Notes: generated from the letters alone by a model not told the origin. A stretch of DNA of 63,990 nucleotides, filler included, from Stramenopiles sp. TOSAG23-3 (GCA_900128585.1; 9 parts of 9 records of this genome joined end to end with filler, not necessarily neighbours in it), one strand, 5' to 3'. Counted from the first letter of the whole stretch, positions 24,373 to 35,999 are shown. A program made the numbers and translations.

Positions 24373-25812
24373 ATGTCGTCGGTTGCTGCTGAAAACGCGA
24401 CCGTGCAGTTGAATGGGAAGGACTACCCCTCCCTTGCGGACGGGAAGTACGACGTTGTGATATGCGGGACAGGGCTCACCGAATGTATCCTCTCGGGTCT
24501 TTTGTGCAAGAAAGGGATGAAAGTCCTGCACACGGATCGAAACGACTTTTACGGCAGCGCGTGCGCCAGTCTTACTCTTAGCAACTTGTTCAAAAAGTTC
24601 AAGAACCGAGAACCAACGGAAGAGGAGTTCACTCGTCTTGGAAAAGACCGCTACTACAACGTTGACCTGGTCCCCAAGCTCATCCTTGGCGCGGGCCAGT
24701 TGGTAAAAATAATCCTCTATACCAAGACGGAGCACTATTTGGAGTTCAATGCTGTGGACGGATCGTTTGCTGCGCAAGGCGGGAAGCCGTCGAAAGTCCC
24801 GAGCACCGCCTCCGAAGCAGTGAAGACCCCCTTGGTCGGGTTCTTCCAGAAGCGGCGGCTCCGAGGGCTGTTGCAGTTTTTAGCAGGCTACGATGCCAAG
24901 GATACGAAGACTCATCAAGGGCAAGACCTGAACAAAGTCACTTCCCGTGAACTGTTCAAGTACTTCTCGTGCGACGACAACACTGCCGAGTTCGTCGGGC
25001 ATTGCATGGCGCTGATGCCAGACAACACGTACCTGGACGAACCGGCGTGCAAAATGGTGGACGCGTGCCAGTTGTACGTGGAATCTTTGACTAGGTACGG
25101 GGGCATCTCTCCCTACCTGTACCCCAACTACGGTCTGGGGGGCCTCCCAGAAGGGTTTTCCCGCCTCTCTGCCGTTTACGGTGGAACGTTCATGCTCATG
25201 AGGGATGTCCATGAAATTGTCCGAAACGAAGATGGCGTGGTCGTCGGAGTGACAAGTAAGAACCCGGAGGAGAAAGACGCGGAGGAAGCGGCAGTGGCAA
25301 ACATAGTTGTCGGGGACCCCTCGTACTTCGGCAAGGACAGGTGTGAGCTGCGAGGGCACGTTGTGCGGTCGATCTGCATTCTGGAAAAGAGTATCCCTAA
25401 TTTAGGGCAAGACTGCCGTAGTTGCCAGATTATTATACCCCAAGGGCAGTGCAAACGAAACCACGACATTTACATCACAATGATCGGGGAGAAGTTGCAC
25501 TGTACCCCGGAGGGACGCTACGTCGTCACGATAAGCACGACGGTAGAAACGAGCGTTGAAACTGCCCTACAGGAACTAGAACCAGCAATTAAATTGATTG
25601 GCGCAAAGAACATTTTGGAAAGGTTTGACGAGGTATCGCCCTTCTACGTACCGAAGAAAGACCTTGAAAGGGACAACTGCTTTTGTTCTAGAAGCTACGA
25701 TGCCACCAGCAATTTTGAGTCCATATTGGACGACGTCTTTGGGCTGTACGAAAGAATCACAGGGGAACGCCTGGTCATGGACGAAGATGCAAAGGAAGGA
25801 AAAAAATCGTAA
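24373..25812 (+). CDS. GDI1: Rab GDP-dissociation inhibitor
   Basis: YDVVICGTGLTECILSGLL, YNVDLVPK, SPYLYPNYGLGGLPEGFSRLSAVYGGTFML, SYDATSNFE. Confidence 0.97.
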   Translation: MSSVAAENATVQLNGKDYPSLADGKYDVVICGTGLTECILSGLLCKKGMKVLHTDRNDFYGSACASLTLSNLFKKFKNREPTEEEFTRLGKDRYYNVDLVPKLILGAGQLVKIILYTKTEHYLEFNAVDGSFAAQGGKPSKVPSTASEAVKTPLVGFFQKRRLRGLLQFLAGYDAKDTKTHQGQDLNKVTSRELFKYFSCDDNTAEFVGHCMALMPDNTYLDEPACKMVDACQLYVESLTRYGGISPYLYPNYGLGGLPEGFSRLSAVYGGTFMLMRDVHEIVRNEDGVVVGVTSKNPEEKDAEEAAVANIVVGDPSYFGKDRCELRGHVVRSICILEKSIPNLGQDCRSCQIIIPQGQCKRNHDIYITMIGEKLHCTPEGRYVVTISTTVETSVETALQELEPAIKLIGAKNILERFDEVSPFYVPKKDLERDNCFCSRSYDATSNFESILDDVFGLYERITGERLVMDEDAKEGKKS

Positions 25813-26037
25813 ATGTTTAGGGAACCTGATACCATGATGGGAGACATCTTATCCTAAGGAGTTGGGCATCAATCTATGTTCAAGCTTTTACTTGTCGCAT
25901 ATATGTATGTGTCCGAGAATAACTAATTGCTGTGTGAACAAAAATGTGTGTAGCATTAAAATAACAAGTCACACGTAAGAAACAAAAAAAACAAAATTCA
26001 GTTAAATAACATATGATAACATATGAGGAACGAAGCT

Positions 26038-26130
26038 AAATTTAATTACTTAAATAACAGCCAATTTTCTTGTTTTATTTAGCTAAATTTAATTATCATA
26101 CTTAAATAACAGCCGATTTTCTTGTTTTTA
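26038..26130 (-). repeat. Two tandem copies of the dispersed ~43-bp element
   Basis: Reverse complement AAAACAAGAAAAT(T/C)GGCTGTTATTTAAGTA..ATTAAATTT twice. Confidence 0.8.
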
Positions 26131-26365
26131 AAACAAATTATATATAGACTAGTATTTCTTGTTTTTAATAACATATGATAAAGTTATTTTGAAATTTACT
26201 TCTGTTTTTAATACCGGTCGGTATTTTAAATAATCTTGAAGAATCCTGTGTCCTCCTGTCTGTTGTTTATAACTTCCTCGTATTCTAATAATAGACACCC
26301 CCACCCCCCACCCACACTGCTAGTAGTAGTAGCCGTCACCGCGGCGGCGGCAGAGCCGTTGTACT

Positions 26366-28447
26366 TCATCTCGGTGCCATGTTGATGTACGTGTCGGTGT
26401 CGGTGCAGGTGACCAGCAAGTCCAACGCGACATTCATCCAGGTCCCATCACCGACCCACACACTGAGTTGGTCCCCGACGTGAACCACCTTATCCTTGAC
26501 GCCAACGAGGATGAAATCTTGCCCCAACACGGTCAGCGGGGGGCCGCCGACGGTGATGTTCCCGAGGTCGGGGCCGTTAAGGGTTGAGCAAGGGGTTCGG
26601 CTCTTGACGTGCACGATGAAACGACAGCCTTGGTTGGTGAGCTTCACGTTCACATTGTACGCCGTGGCCCCGTCGGCGCTGGAGGGGTGCGGGTTGCCCG
26701 GGTAGAAGCTCGAGGTGTTGCCGAGGCAGGAGCTGCCCCAGTCGCAGTTGCAGCCGTTGCGGCAGGCTTTCACCCCGCGGGCGCGGAGCCTATCCACGTG
26801 CGCGGCGACGCTGTCCACAAAGTCCGCAGAGGGCATGCCTTTGGGAGTCAGCGAGGCGTCGTAGTTCCAGAGGCTTCCCGCTGCGGCCGCTGCGCCCGGG
26901 AACACGGCGTTGCCGAAGCTCTCAGAGAAGCTCTCGTCCTGCGCCGGGGGGTACATCCAGCCGTACGTCCCGTTGATCGCGCAGAGCGGGGCGGGGCAGT
27001 AGTTGTCCGACCACGCGGCCACCTCCCCGCCCTCCATCAGTCGCTGCAGTGAGCCTGTCATCCCCGCCCCGCTGTCGCGCCAGAAGCAGAGCCTGTACTT
27101 GTCGTGGGGCCCGGTCGGGGGCACCACCCTGCAGCACTGCTCGTTGAGATACATCTCTTTGTACGTCGAGTCGACGGCGGAGAAGCCGAGGTCGGCGATG
27201 GAGCTGATCGCCGCCTTGCCCCAGTTCTGGACTATCGTGCCCGGCAGCGCCGCGTTCGGGATCGTCGGCTTTGGATCGCTAAAGACGTCGTTCCAGCCCA
27301 TCGGCACTTTCCCTAGCCCAGTGATCGTGCGCTGGATGTGCTGCTCGAACGCGTGCACACCGTCGTAGGTGCACCCAGCCGGGCAGTCGTCGTGCTTGCA
27401 GGCCTCGTCGGCGCCAAAGTGGAGGATGGAGTCGGGAAACAGCCTAGCTAGCTCTTGGAGCAGCGCGTCCACGACTTTCAGCGTCCCGTCGTCGTTGGCT
27501 AGCACCGTCTTCCCGGCATCGCAGTACTTTAGGCCGTGCTTCTCAAGCACCTGGAGCCCGCCAGAGTGAGCGGGGACGTCCAACTCCGGCACGACCCGCA
27601 CTCCTCGGGATTTGGCGTACGCAACCAGAGAAGCCAGCTGGTCCTGGGTGTAGAACGCCTGGCCGAGGCCAGCGGTGAGCTCGGGATACACCTTGCTCTC
27701 GAATCGCACCGCTGGCTCGTCCGTCAGGTGCAAATGCAGAACATTCATTTTGCTATAAGAGAGGCCGTCGATGAGGTTCTCCAGGAGTGGGATGGGGAGG
27801 AAGCGGCGGGCGGTGTCTACCATGAGCCCCCGGTGGGTCCAGAGCGGCGAGTCCACGACGTGGAGGTTATCCGTCAACAATCCCAGCTGAACAATCTGCG
27901 CAAAGGTCTCCATGGCGTGCAGGGCGCCGTAGACGGTCCCTGCCCTGGCAGTGGCCACTTGGCCGGTCACTGCAAGTGTGTAAGACTCGTTGATGCCCCG
28001 GTCCAGGGTCTCATTCACCGAGCTCACAGTGACAGCCAGGGTCTGAATGACGCTGCCAGCTAGCCTCCGGTTTCCAGAGAAGTGGCAGAAACCACTCACG
28101 CGACAGTAGGAGCTTACAGTGGAGGCGGGGTGGCAGTTTGTGTTCACCCAGCTGGAACAGTCGCTGTCACCGTTCGGACATGCGACCGTGGCCGACTTCC
28201 AATCGCATTGAGGCACGGGGGCCGGCGCCGGGGCGGCGCTGTGGATGATGGCGGTGTAGCGCTTGGCGGCCGCCGTGAGAAGGCCACTTGCATTGGCGCT
28301 TGCAGCTGAGATGGAGAAGGCCGGGGCGAGGGTGGCCACGGAGCCAGTGCTAGTGAAGCTGGTGGGCACTGGCCAAGGCAGTTGCGCAGACTCTCCCTGC
28401 GCAAAGACCAGCGCAGCGAGAAGGACGGTGCGCATGACTCGGAGCAT
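26366..28447 (-). CDS. Secreted beta-N-acetylhexosaminidase (GH20)
   Basis: Signal peptide; ESYTL, TVYGALHAMETFAQ, HRGLMVDTARRF, KMNVLHLHLTD, RGVRVVPELDVPAH, catalytic HFGADE, GGEVAAWS. Confidence 0.95.
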   Translation of the reverse strand: MLRVMRTVLLAALVFAQGESAQLPWPVPTSFTSTGSVATLAPAFSISAASANASGLLTAAAKRYTAIIHSAAPAPAPVPQCDWKSATVACPNGDSDCSSWVNTNCHPASTVSSYCRVSGFCHFSGNRRLAGSVIQTLAVTVSSVNETLDRGINESYTLAVTGQVATARAGTVYGALHAMETFAQIVQLGLLTDNLHVVDSPLWTHRGLMVDTARRFLPIPLLENLIDGLSYSKMNVLHLHLTDEPAVRFESKVYPELTAGLGQAFYTQDQLASLVAYAKSRGVRVVPELDVPAHSGGLQVLEKHGLKYCDAGKTVLANDDGTLKVVDALLQELARLFPDSILHFGADEACKHDDCPAGCTYDGVHAFEQHIQRTITGLGKVPMGWNDVFSDPKPTIPNAALPGTIVQNWGKAAISSIADLGFSAVDSTYKEMYLNEQCCRVVPPTGPHDKYRLCFWRDSGAGMTGSLQRLMEGGEVAAWSDNYCPAPLCAINGTYGWMYPPAQDESFSESFGNAVFPGAAAAAGSLWNYDASLTPKGMPSADFVDSVAAHVDRLRARGVKACRNGCNCDWGSSCLGNTSSFYPGNPHPSSADGATAYNVNVKLTNQGCRFIVHVKSRTPCSTLNGPDLGNITVGGPPLTVLGQDFILVGVKDKVVHVGDQLSVWVGDGTWMNVALDLLVTCTDTDTYINMAPR

Positions 28448-28642
28448 TGTGAGGTTGTGAGTTGGCAGGACTGGCTTCGGCGACTTACTTTGGGATGTCT
28501 ACCATGGTAAGCCCGTAAGCGGGTAAGTGTACATGTACATATCGTGGATGGAGGGTTCTCGTGTTCTCGTGTTCTCGTTCTCGTTCTCTCATTTAGATGA
28601 TGATGATATCTTTTTGTTGTTGTTATATTCTTTTATAAATAT

Positions 28643-28742
28643 NNNNNNNNNNNNNNNNNNNNNNNNNNNNNNNNNNNNNNNNNNNNTTAATTAATTAANN
28701 NNNNNNNNNNNNNNNNNNNNNNNNNNNNNNNNNNNNNNNNNN
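28643..28742. other. Artificial contig linker
   Basis: N44-TTAATTAATTAA-N44. Confidence 0.99.
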
Positions 28743-29125
28743 TATAAGTAACATATAAATACAATGGAGTATTTTTCACAAAATCCCTGTTTCATGTCAA
28801 ATCGAGTACCAAATTTACGGGGCTATCTCCTCCTAAAATATAAATTTTCTTGAGCTCCACTTCGACCTCGGAAATCGACGTATCTCTCCAAAAGTGTTGT
28901 ATTACTACAAAAATCAGATGAAAAAACATTTTTTGTTTTGTTTTTTCGACCTTTCGCGTATTATGTTCCGTCAAAAGCCTTCCCCTCACCGTAAATCAAC
29001 AGAGTTTTTATTAATTCTTAAAAGTCGTTTCGTAATACATAGGGAAAATACAAGCACCAGAAATACAGCTATATTTGAGAATAATTAAATTTTACTTTTT
29101 TTGTCTATCTTCTGTATCCTAATTC

Positions 29126-29485
29126 TCAAAACAAAAAGCACCAGGCTACAGTTACGAACGTAGGCGATAACCAATAGCGTTTCGAACGAATGGCTCCGCT
29201 TAATTGGTTGCCTTTTGTGGCTGTTGCGTTGGCGCCACTAGAGGTCGTTGTGGTGTTTCCGGTGGTCGTTGTTGTACTCGGAGCTTCTGTAGTAGTTGTC
29301 CCTACACCACATATTCTATCTGCTGTATTACTTCCATTGACGATAATTATTTCAGAACTTTCGCATTCTGTCCAGTTCAGACACTCGTTCAGGTTGGAAG
29401 CATTTGTAAATTTTCCACTCCCACAAGAATTGCATACTCTGTCACTTGTAGCAGAACCGTTCGCTGACACATAGTTTCCAGCCAT
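29126..29485 (-). CDS. C-terminal fragment of a TNFR-like Cys-repeat surface protein with Thr-rich stalk and GPI-like tail
   Basis: G.YV..NGSATSDRVC..C.SGKF / NGSNTADRIC repeats; TTTT stalk; hydrophobic C-terminus; begins mid-repeat with no signal peptide. Confidence 0.65.
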   Translation of the reverse strand: MAGNYVSANGSATSDRVCNSCGSGKFTNASNLNECLNWTECESSEIIIVNGSNTADRICGVGTTTTEAPSTTTTTGNTTTTSSGANATATKGNQLSGAIRSKRYWLSPTFVTVAWCFLF

Positions 29486-29870
29486 CGACTATTTTTTCAG
29501 AAGATACAAAATGTGTGTTGTCCAGGTGTTCCCAGCAACAGTTTACTAAGAATCACAAGAAAATAAATAAGCGAATGAATGCGTTTGAAACTTATCTTCC
29601 CGTCGTATATCCGCTAACCCAAGCCAAGCTTCTTCTGTACCTCCGAGGACAAGCACTACACATTGCCCTTATTACCGATACCGGAGACCTGTACCGTCAT
29701 ATCATCGACGATATACAAGAGTTCAAGGAAGATGTAGGCTACGCCTTCAACGATACATTCACCGTACTCACACTGCAACCCCACTCACTTCATTGTAGAA
29801 CAATCGCAAAGGGTTTTTCGTTTCTTGTTTCTGTGCCAACGATCGGTGGTAAACCAATGCACCGAGCGCT

Positions 29871-30776
29871 TCACAAGTGGCTCTCAATACAAGCTTTCAG
29901 CGAACTTTCATCATGTGCAGCTTCGCATTTGGATACTTGTTTTTTCCCAGAGGACGCCCTTACGTAGACGGACGGCAGCGTTGGCTGTTTTCCAAATGGG
30001 CGTGGGGGTTCGTTCGCAACGGCGTTCATAATGAAGGCCCGTATTTCTGGGAAATCTTTCGACACATTGGAGACGGCCTTGGTGGCGGCGCGTGTCTCGG
30101 GGTCGTTCAAATTTCCCACAAACAAGAACATAGACGATTTCCGGTCAACTTGGAGCTTTACGTTAACTTCTTCATCCCAGTTGTTTGCTGTCGAGGCATG
30201 GTCGAGCAGTGTCTTTCCACTGTAGTCCACAAAATTGTCGACGTGAAATTCACTGGATTTTTCATAATCCAGCGCTTCGATCAATTGCTTGGCGGCATCG
30301 AGAAAATCATTATGGACGGCCCAGACCAACGGCGTGCAGCCGTGCTCATCTCTCACGTTCAAATCAATCCCATCGACCTGGAGGACGGCAGAGATGCAGT
30401 CGTCCCAGTCGCCCTCCCCAGGCCGCAGGCAGTAATGCGCTGCGGTCTCGCTGTACTGAGATATGCAGTTGGCGCGGCTCGCGTCCACATCGTCCCTCTG
30501 AAAAAATGCTGAAATGGCTTTCGTGGGCAACGTTTCCCACCAACACTCTTTCAAAAGCGCTTTATTGTTCATGTGCCCGACGCCAAAATCCTCTGGATCT
30601 ACCGTCGTTACCCCCTTTGGTTCAGGGAGGTTCAACCTTTTCCTCGCCAATCGTTTCGCTCGTTCTTCTTCAGCTTTCCAATTAACCCCACCCCCCTTTC
30701 CACCCGCCATGACCATTCCATGACCAACCACGAGGCTTAGAACAATGCAACCAACAAGCGTGTGATACCACCCCAT
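29871..30776 (-). CDS. Secretory ankyrin-repeat protein with a C-terminal non-catalytic thioredoxin-like domain
   Basis: Signal peptide; ETAAHY, DLNVRDEHGCTPLVWAV, DYSGKTLLDHA; tail MNAVANEPPRPF..PTLPSVY resembles PDI Trx domains without CxxC. Confidence 0.7.
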   Translation of the reverse strand: MGWYHTLVGCIVLSLVVGHGMVMAGGKGGGVNWKAEEERAKRLARKRLNLPEPKGVTTVDPEDFGVGHMNNKALLKECWWETLPTKAISAFFQRDDVDASRANCISQYSETAAHYCLRPGEGDWDDCISAVLQVDGIDLNVRDEHGCTPLVWAVHNDFLDAAKQLIEALDYEKSSEFHVDNFVDYSGKTLLDHASTANNWDEEVNVKLQVDRKSSMFLFVGNLNDPETRAATKAVSNVSKDFPEIRAFIMNAVANEPPRPFGKQPTLPSVYVRASSGKKQVSKCEAAHDESSLKACIESHL

Positions 30777-30810
30777 GACGACGACGATATCGTATATATG
30801 CAAATGATAA

Positions 30811-33595
30811 TTGATAAAAGTCGGTGAAGCTGGCAGTTTGTGCGATCAATTCGGACCGTCACAGTGCCACGAAAGTTATTCCCAGGCAACCGTTGCCGGC
30901 CACAACGGTGTTACAATGGCAATCGATGCATTGCGACGAAAAGCCAAGGAATCGGTGAGCCTTGTCATGCAACGAAAAGACCTGGCGGCTTCGCAAGCAC
31001 GGTCGAAGCTGCAATCTTTGCTCAAGGAAGGCGCAAATCAGACGACAATCCTTGACGCGGAAAGCAATGCCCATGAAAAAGATAAAGAAGCGCATGACCT
31101 ACGTGTCTCCGTGGACGGCAACGGCACTATAGAAACGTGCACTAGCCCGGAATCTCATCACGATTCAGTGCACTGCTATTGCAAGATGCTCGGGGACGAC
31201 AAATGCGCCGAGACCTATTTTGACGCCCTTTTGAACAAACACGGTAGCGCAATTCACGCAATCAGAGAAATGATGGGCGGGTACGCCCCCGGCCCAGCAG
31301 TCAGCTTTTGTATTGCGTTGGGAGCAGAAAAATGCAAGGAAGTGTTCACGACCGCGCAAATGCGGTGCCACCACGATGTGATACAGGCATACAACTACTT
31401 CAAACTTCCTGTCCCAAACCGAAAAAATCTTATCAGCGCGTGGACGAATTGTTCGTTAGGGACCGGGGCTTGCAAAAAAGGCAGAAACGGGCTGCCTTGC
31501 AGTGGCCGTGGGGTTTGCGTTAAAACAAGGCATACAGCACCCGAATGTCGGTGCAATATACCAGGGTGGGCAGGTGAAATTTGCGAGGATTGGGTTGGAG
31601 ACAAGGGGTGGGGTTGTATGGGCTATGCACTTCCAGAGCGTGCGCCGTGCAGTGGGCATGGTAAGTGTGGGGCAGATGGTATATGCTACGTGTCAAGATG
31701 CCCTGGAACGTCCAGGGCAGGGTGCGATCCAGGTTACAGTGGGGGAGACTGTCGGTACCATTCCGATAACGGGGGAACCGCCCTGTGCCCGTCCAAATCA
31801 GGGGACCAATGCTCAGGGCACGGAATATGTGCCGTTGGCCTCGGGGTTGGGGTCTGCAGCTGCGACATAGGATGGGCGGGGCGCGACTGCAATATCCCTA
31901 AGTACAAAGGCTGCCCCAAAGAGTGCTCCGGCCATGGCCGTTGTGGCAAAAATAAAGTATGCTCTGACTCACAGTACAGCCACCCTAAGCCAGGGTGTGA
32001 CACAGGATGGGGTGGGGAAGCGTGCGACAAAAAGCAGTTCGGAATTGGGTGCAAAGCAGTGCATAATCCGTGCAACTACCACGGCATCTGTGGGGCAGAT
32101 GGGGCGTGTTGGACCATGGAGAACGGACGTCTACTCCGGGGGTGCAACAGGGGGTGGTACGGTGCCGATTGTTCTTTGAAGAGACATGGCAAGGGAGCGG
32201 GGTGCCCATCTCGGAACATGTTGCCTTGTAGCGGACACGGGGGTTGTTCTTTAAACATAGGAGTTTGTGTTGCTACGTGGGGCACCAACACTAACCAGCC
32301 TGGCTGCGATCCAGGTTGGACCAACCCAGATTGCGCTATGCCAACATCATCCGTCTGTGGGGGCAGGGAAGGAAAAGAATGCTCAGGCCACGGAACATGC
32401 TTGGCAGATGCATCGTGTTCGTGCACTCCAGGGTGGGCCGGGAAAACTTGCGAGATCGACCCTGGGCGTGGTACGCTTTGTCCCAGCGGCGTAAACCCGA
32501 TGTTCCTTACCTCTGGTGTGTGCTCAGGAAATGGAAAATGTGGGGAAGATGGTGTTTGCGTTTGCTACAAGGGTTGGTCAGGGGACAAGTGTGATCAAAA
32601 GACTCCCCCAGACTTCTCGTTATGCCCGGAGCGGAATGGATTGTTGTGTGCGGGGCACGGCCACTGCATCACAAGTGGCAAATCACGTAAATGTGTTTGC
32701 GAAGAAGGCTTCGGTGGCCCTACCTGGTGCAGTGTCAGCGTTACCGAATGCCCCGCCGCCGACAGTAGCTGCTTTGAACCCACCACGGATTCCGCCTCCA
32801 CCCGTTCGGCCGCCAACTATCCCTATCCCCAAGCCTCCAAAAATCCCCAAGCCCCCGAAGGCACCAGGGGTCCCGAACGTTCCGCCATCACCTGGGGCAC
32901 CGGCTTCTCCAGGTGCACCAAACGCCCCTGCCCTTCCAGGTGCACCAAACGCCCCTAGCCTGCCCGCCGGGGCACCGAATGGGCCACCATTGAACATGCC
33001 CGCGCTTCCGGGAGCCCCAAATGCCCCGAATGTACCAGCCGTACCTGGAGCGCCAAATGCTCTCAGCCTGCCAAATGCACCAAATGCTCCTAATGCCCCA
33101 GCTCCCCCCGGAACTCCAAGCACGACACCTGGAGCTCCAAACACGCCTGCAGTTGGCCCTAGTTGCACTTCAGGGCAAATGTTGTTCCAAGGACAATGTC
33201 AATCATGCCAGTCTGGAACATACATCGATGAGGCAAAACATTTTTTGAAGTCGTGCAAATCGTGCCCCCACGGAAAGACATCAACTTTTCCATTTACATC
33301 GTGTACTTCATCGCCCTCAAGAAGTTCTACCGATGGAAAAGAAAACCAGAGAGAACTTTCTTCAAGCGGCCAAATGTTGTCACCGCAGCAAGCCAGCAGC
33401 AATCATGGTGGGAGCAACACAAAATATATACCTGAAAAAGATGCAACTGTGTCATTGAACAAAGGCAGCGAGGATACAGTGCACGACAAGGGCAGCGCGA
33501 TACTATCGGCATTTAACAACGACGAGAAATTGACCAGCCCCCAAGTCTTAGAAGCACAGATTCGACGGCAAAAATCGGAGGGAAAGGAGACGTAA
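30811..33595 (+). CDS. Tenascin-type EGF-repeat protein with Pro-rich stalk and GCC2-like repeat; frameshift near 32725; 5' end unclear
   Basis: About ten CSGHG.C..C..GW.G..C repeats; removing one G from acctggtgca gives GFGGPTCAVSALPNAPPP and joins ORFs 30811-32958 and 32516-33595. Confidence 0.8.
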
Positions 33596-33733
33596 GTGAT
33601 GTTACGTGTTACTTCTAAAAAATACTTCAAAATACGTAAAATATACTTCCTGTAAAATACATCAATTAATTTTAAGAAAATTACATTTACTGTGAACTTA
33701 TTTTAAAGGACCCAAAAATCATCAAAATTTTTT

Positions 33734-35820
33734 TCATCTCCTCCTGCCTCTGCGACGATTTCTTCTATTACCGTTATGATTGCCGGTTGATCTACTTGCA
33801 AAGTTGGATCGCAATTTTGCAAAACTGGATAAAAGGGCCACGTCACCAGAATTTATAATGGCGGATGACGTATACGAAGGTGACACGGTAGATTTGTGCG
33901 CCATCGGCAAGAGTCGCTTTCGTTCTCTAAGCGATTTCCCTACAAACCCATTCGTAGAATATTCTGGGCTCTTTCCTAGCCCCGGTAGTGCATGTATAGA
34001 TGTGTTTTTTTTGCTTTTGCTTTTCAGCTTCGAGGCGTTTACTTCTGGCGTTTTTGGAACCAGGTACATTGCTTGTATTGGAGAGTTGGAAGAAAAGTTT
34101 TCCTCTTTCAGCTTTTGAATATTCTGCCATATGGGCTTTGCTGGCGATTTAGTTGCCGATTGGATTTTTGGTAGTGCGTAAGGGATCCGTGCCGCGTCGT
34201 CATAAGGGTATTGGGGGGTTGGAAGATTGTCTTGCCATACTTTTCGGGTTTTCTGATTTGGTATGGAGTATGTTGGGATTAAAACAGGCATTTTAACAGG
34301 TTTGACCCTGCTAATCAAATGTACATTTTCGCATGAAAATCGTTTCCAGACTTCTTGGCTTAGCCTTGACCCTTCGTACAGAGCACGAGACGTGTCTGGT
34401 GGCACAAGTTCACCTGATTTTCGCAGCATTTTCTTTTTAAGGGGGCTGATGCCTTTGTCCATGCGCTTAACGGGCGTTTGCGCATCAATTTCTTCGAACA
34501 AGATGTTCGCCCAAAATTTATGCAACCTCTTCTTTATGGTCTTCACGTTTGACCGGGCCATGTGACTGCGATAAACTTTTGTTATCTGAGTGGCGGCAAC
34601 GTTCATTTTAACCCATCGCCTGGCAAGGTGCCCCCGATACAGAGCTTCGATTTTCATTGCACAATAGTGTTCGTAAAGAGTTTTATTAAATCGATATCTG
34701 TCCCAGGCACGTTGGATTATTCGAGCGGCAGATTTACGCTCCTTTCTCCAGGCATAATTTCTCCACAAAGCCTGTATCAATATTGAAGCATGAGTCCATT
34801 TCCCCCATATTTCCCCCCGCGTAGAATATCCCCTCCACGTCGCCTGTATCTTTACCGCAAGTTTGGTGTATGCAACCTTCTTCTTCCACGCTGCTACTTT
34901 AGCTTTGATTCTAGCAAGTTTTGCTCTAATTTTTGCTTGTATCATCCTGATCAAGAAATCACGGGCATCCTTCATTCGCTGAAGTTCCCGTTGTGCCATC
35001 CATCTGCGCGCACACGATTGGATCTGCGTTGCCGCATGGGCTTTCACTTCTACTTGAAGTTCTGTCTCTGACACCCATTGATTGAAAACACCAAGCAGCT
35101 CGCGGTGCTTCAGGCGGCTGTAGAATTTTCTTGCATTCTCGCACTTATGGGAGTATTGGAGCCATCTATTTAAAATTTCGCGAGTAATACGATGCTCGCG
35201 CACTTTTCGCGCATTTGTCACAATTTGATCATTTTTTCTTCTGCGGCGAACAGCCCGCTCCAGTATTGTCCGCACCATGTAAGCACGAAAAGCGCGTTGG
35301 ATCATTCCCGCCTTCAGAATGCGTACTAAATTTTCGCGGGTCAGTTTTGGAAGGACATGTACCCAAGCAGCAAAGTGGCGGCGCAAGCCTTTGCCCACAA
35401 GCTTTTCCCCGAAGTGCCGAATCGCCAAAACGTATTCCACGTGGTTTTTCCATGCAAGAAATATTTTGTTGCTCTTCTTATGAAATATTCGACGCAGACT
35501 ATCTGCTACTTTTGCCTCTTCTATCATCCTGATTTTGTTCTTTATCTTTGCCAACCGTTTTCTTGCAATTCGTCCACGGATCACCCTTGATATAAGCAAC
35601 GCAGCCGCCGCCTCAGCCTTCACTTTTGCAGCGTACTCTTCATTTAATTTTTCGTATGCTTCCATTATCGCGGGATCTTCTTCAAACAGCAAAACGGCCG
35701 ATTCTAGTACTGCAAGCGCCTCCTTACGATTGTGGGACCGATGCAAGCAGTGAGAAAGGGCCAAGTAGACTTCTGGGCTTAAATCCTCCTTTTTTTGAAT
35801 CCTGGCAATCGCGTGCTTAA
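33734..35820 (-). CDS. IQ-motif-rich protein with N-terminal TPR-like helix and Trp-spaced (Sfi1-like) repeats; 5' end truncated
   Basis: IQRAFR, IQSCARRW, IQATWRGY, IQALWRNY, IQRAW, IEALYRGH; frame open to the contig end. Confidence 0.8.
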
Positions 35821-35920
35821 NNNNNNNNNNNNNNNNNNNNNNNNNNNNNNNNNNNNNNNNNNNNTTAATTAATTAANNNNNNNNNNNNNNNNNNNNNNNN
35901 NNNNNNNNNNNNNNNNNNNN
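35821..35920. other. Artificial contig linker
   Basis: N44-TTAATTAATTAA-N44. Confidence 0.99.
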
Positions 35921-35999
35921 ATACACAGCATACAACAAAATCTTCCCTTAACCACTTCATCGTTCCGTTCTTGTCTTTGGTTCTTACTTTCTTCTTCAG
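35921..35999 (+). repeat. Left arm of a perfect 79-bp inverted repeat (partner 41677-41755)
   Basis: Reverse complement matches 41677-41755 at 79/79 by hand comparison. Confidence 0.95.
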
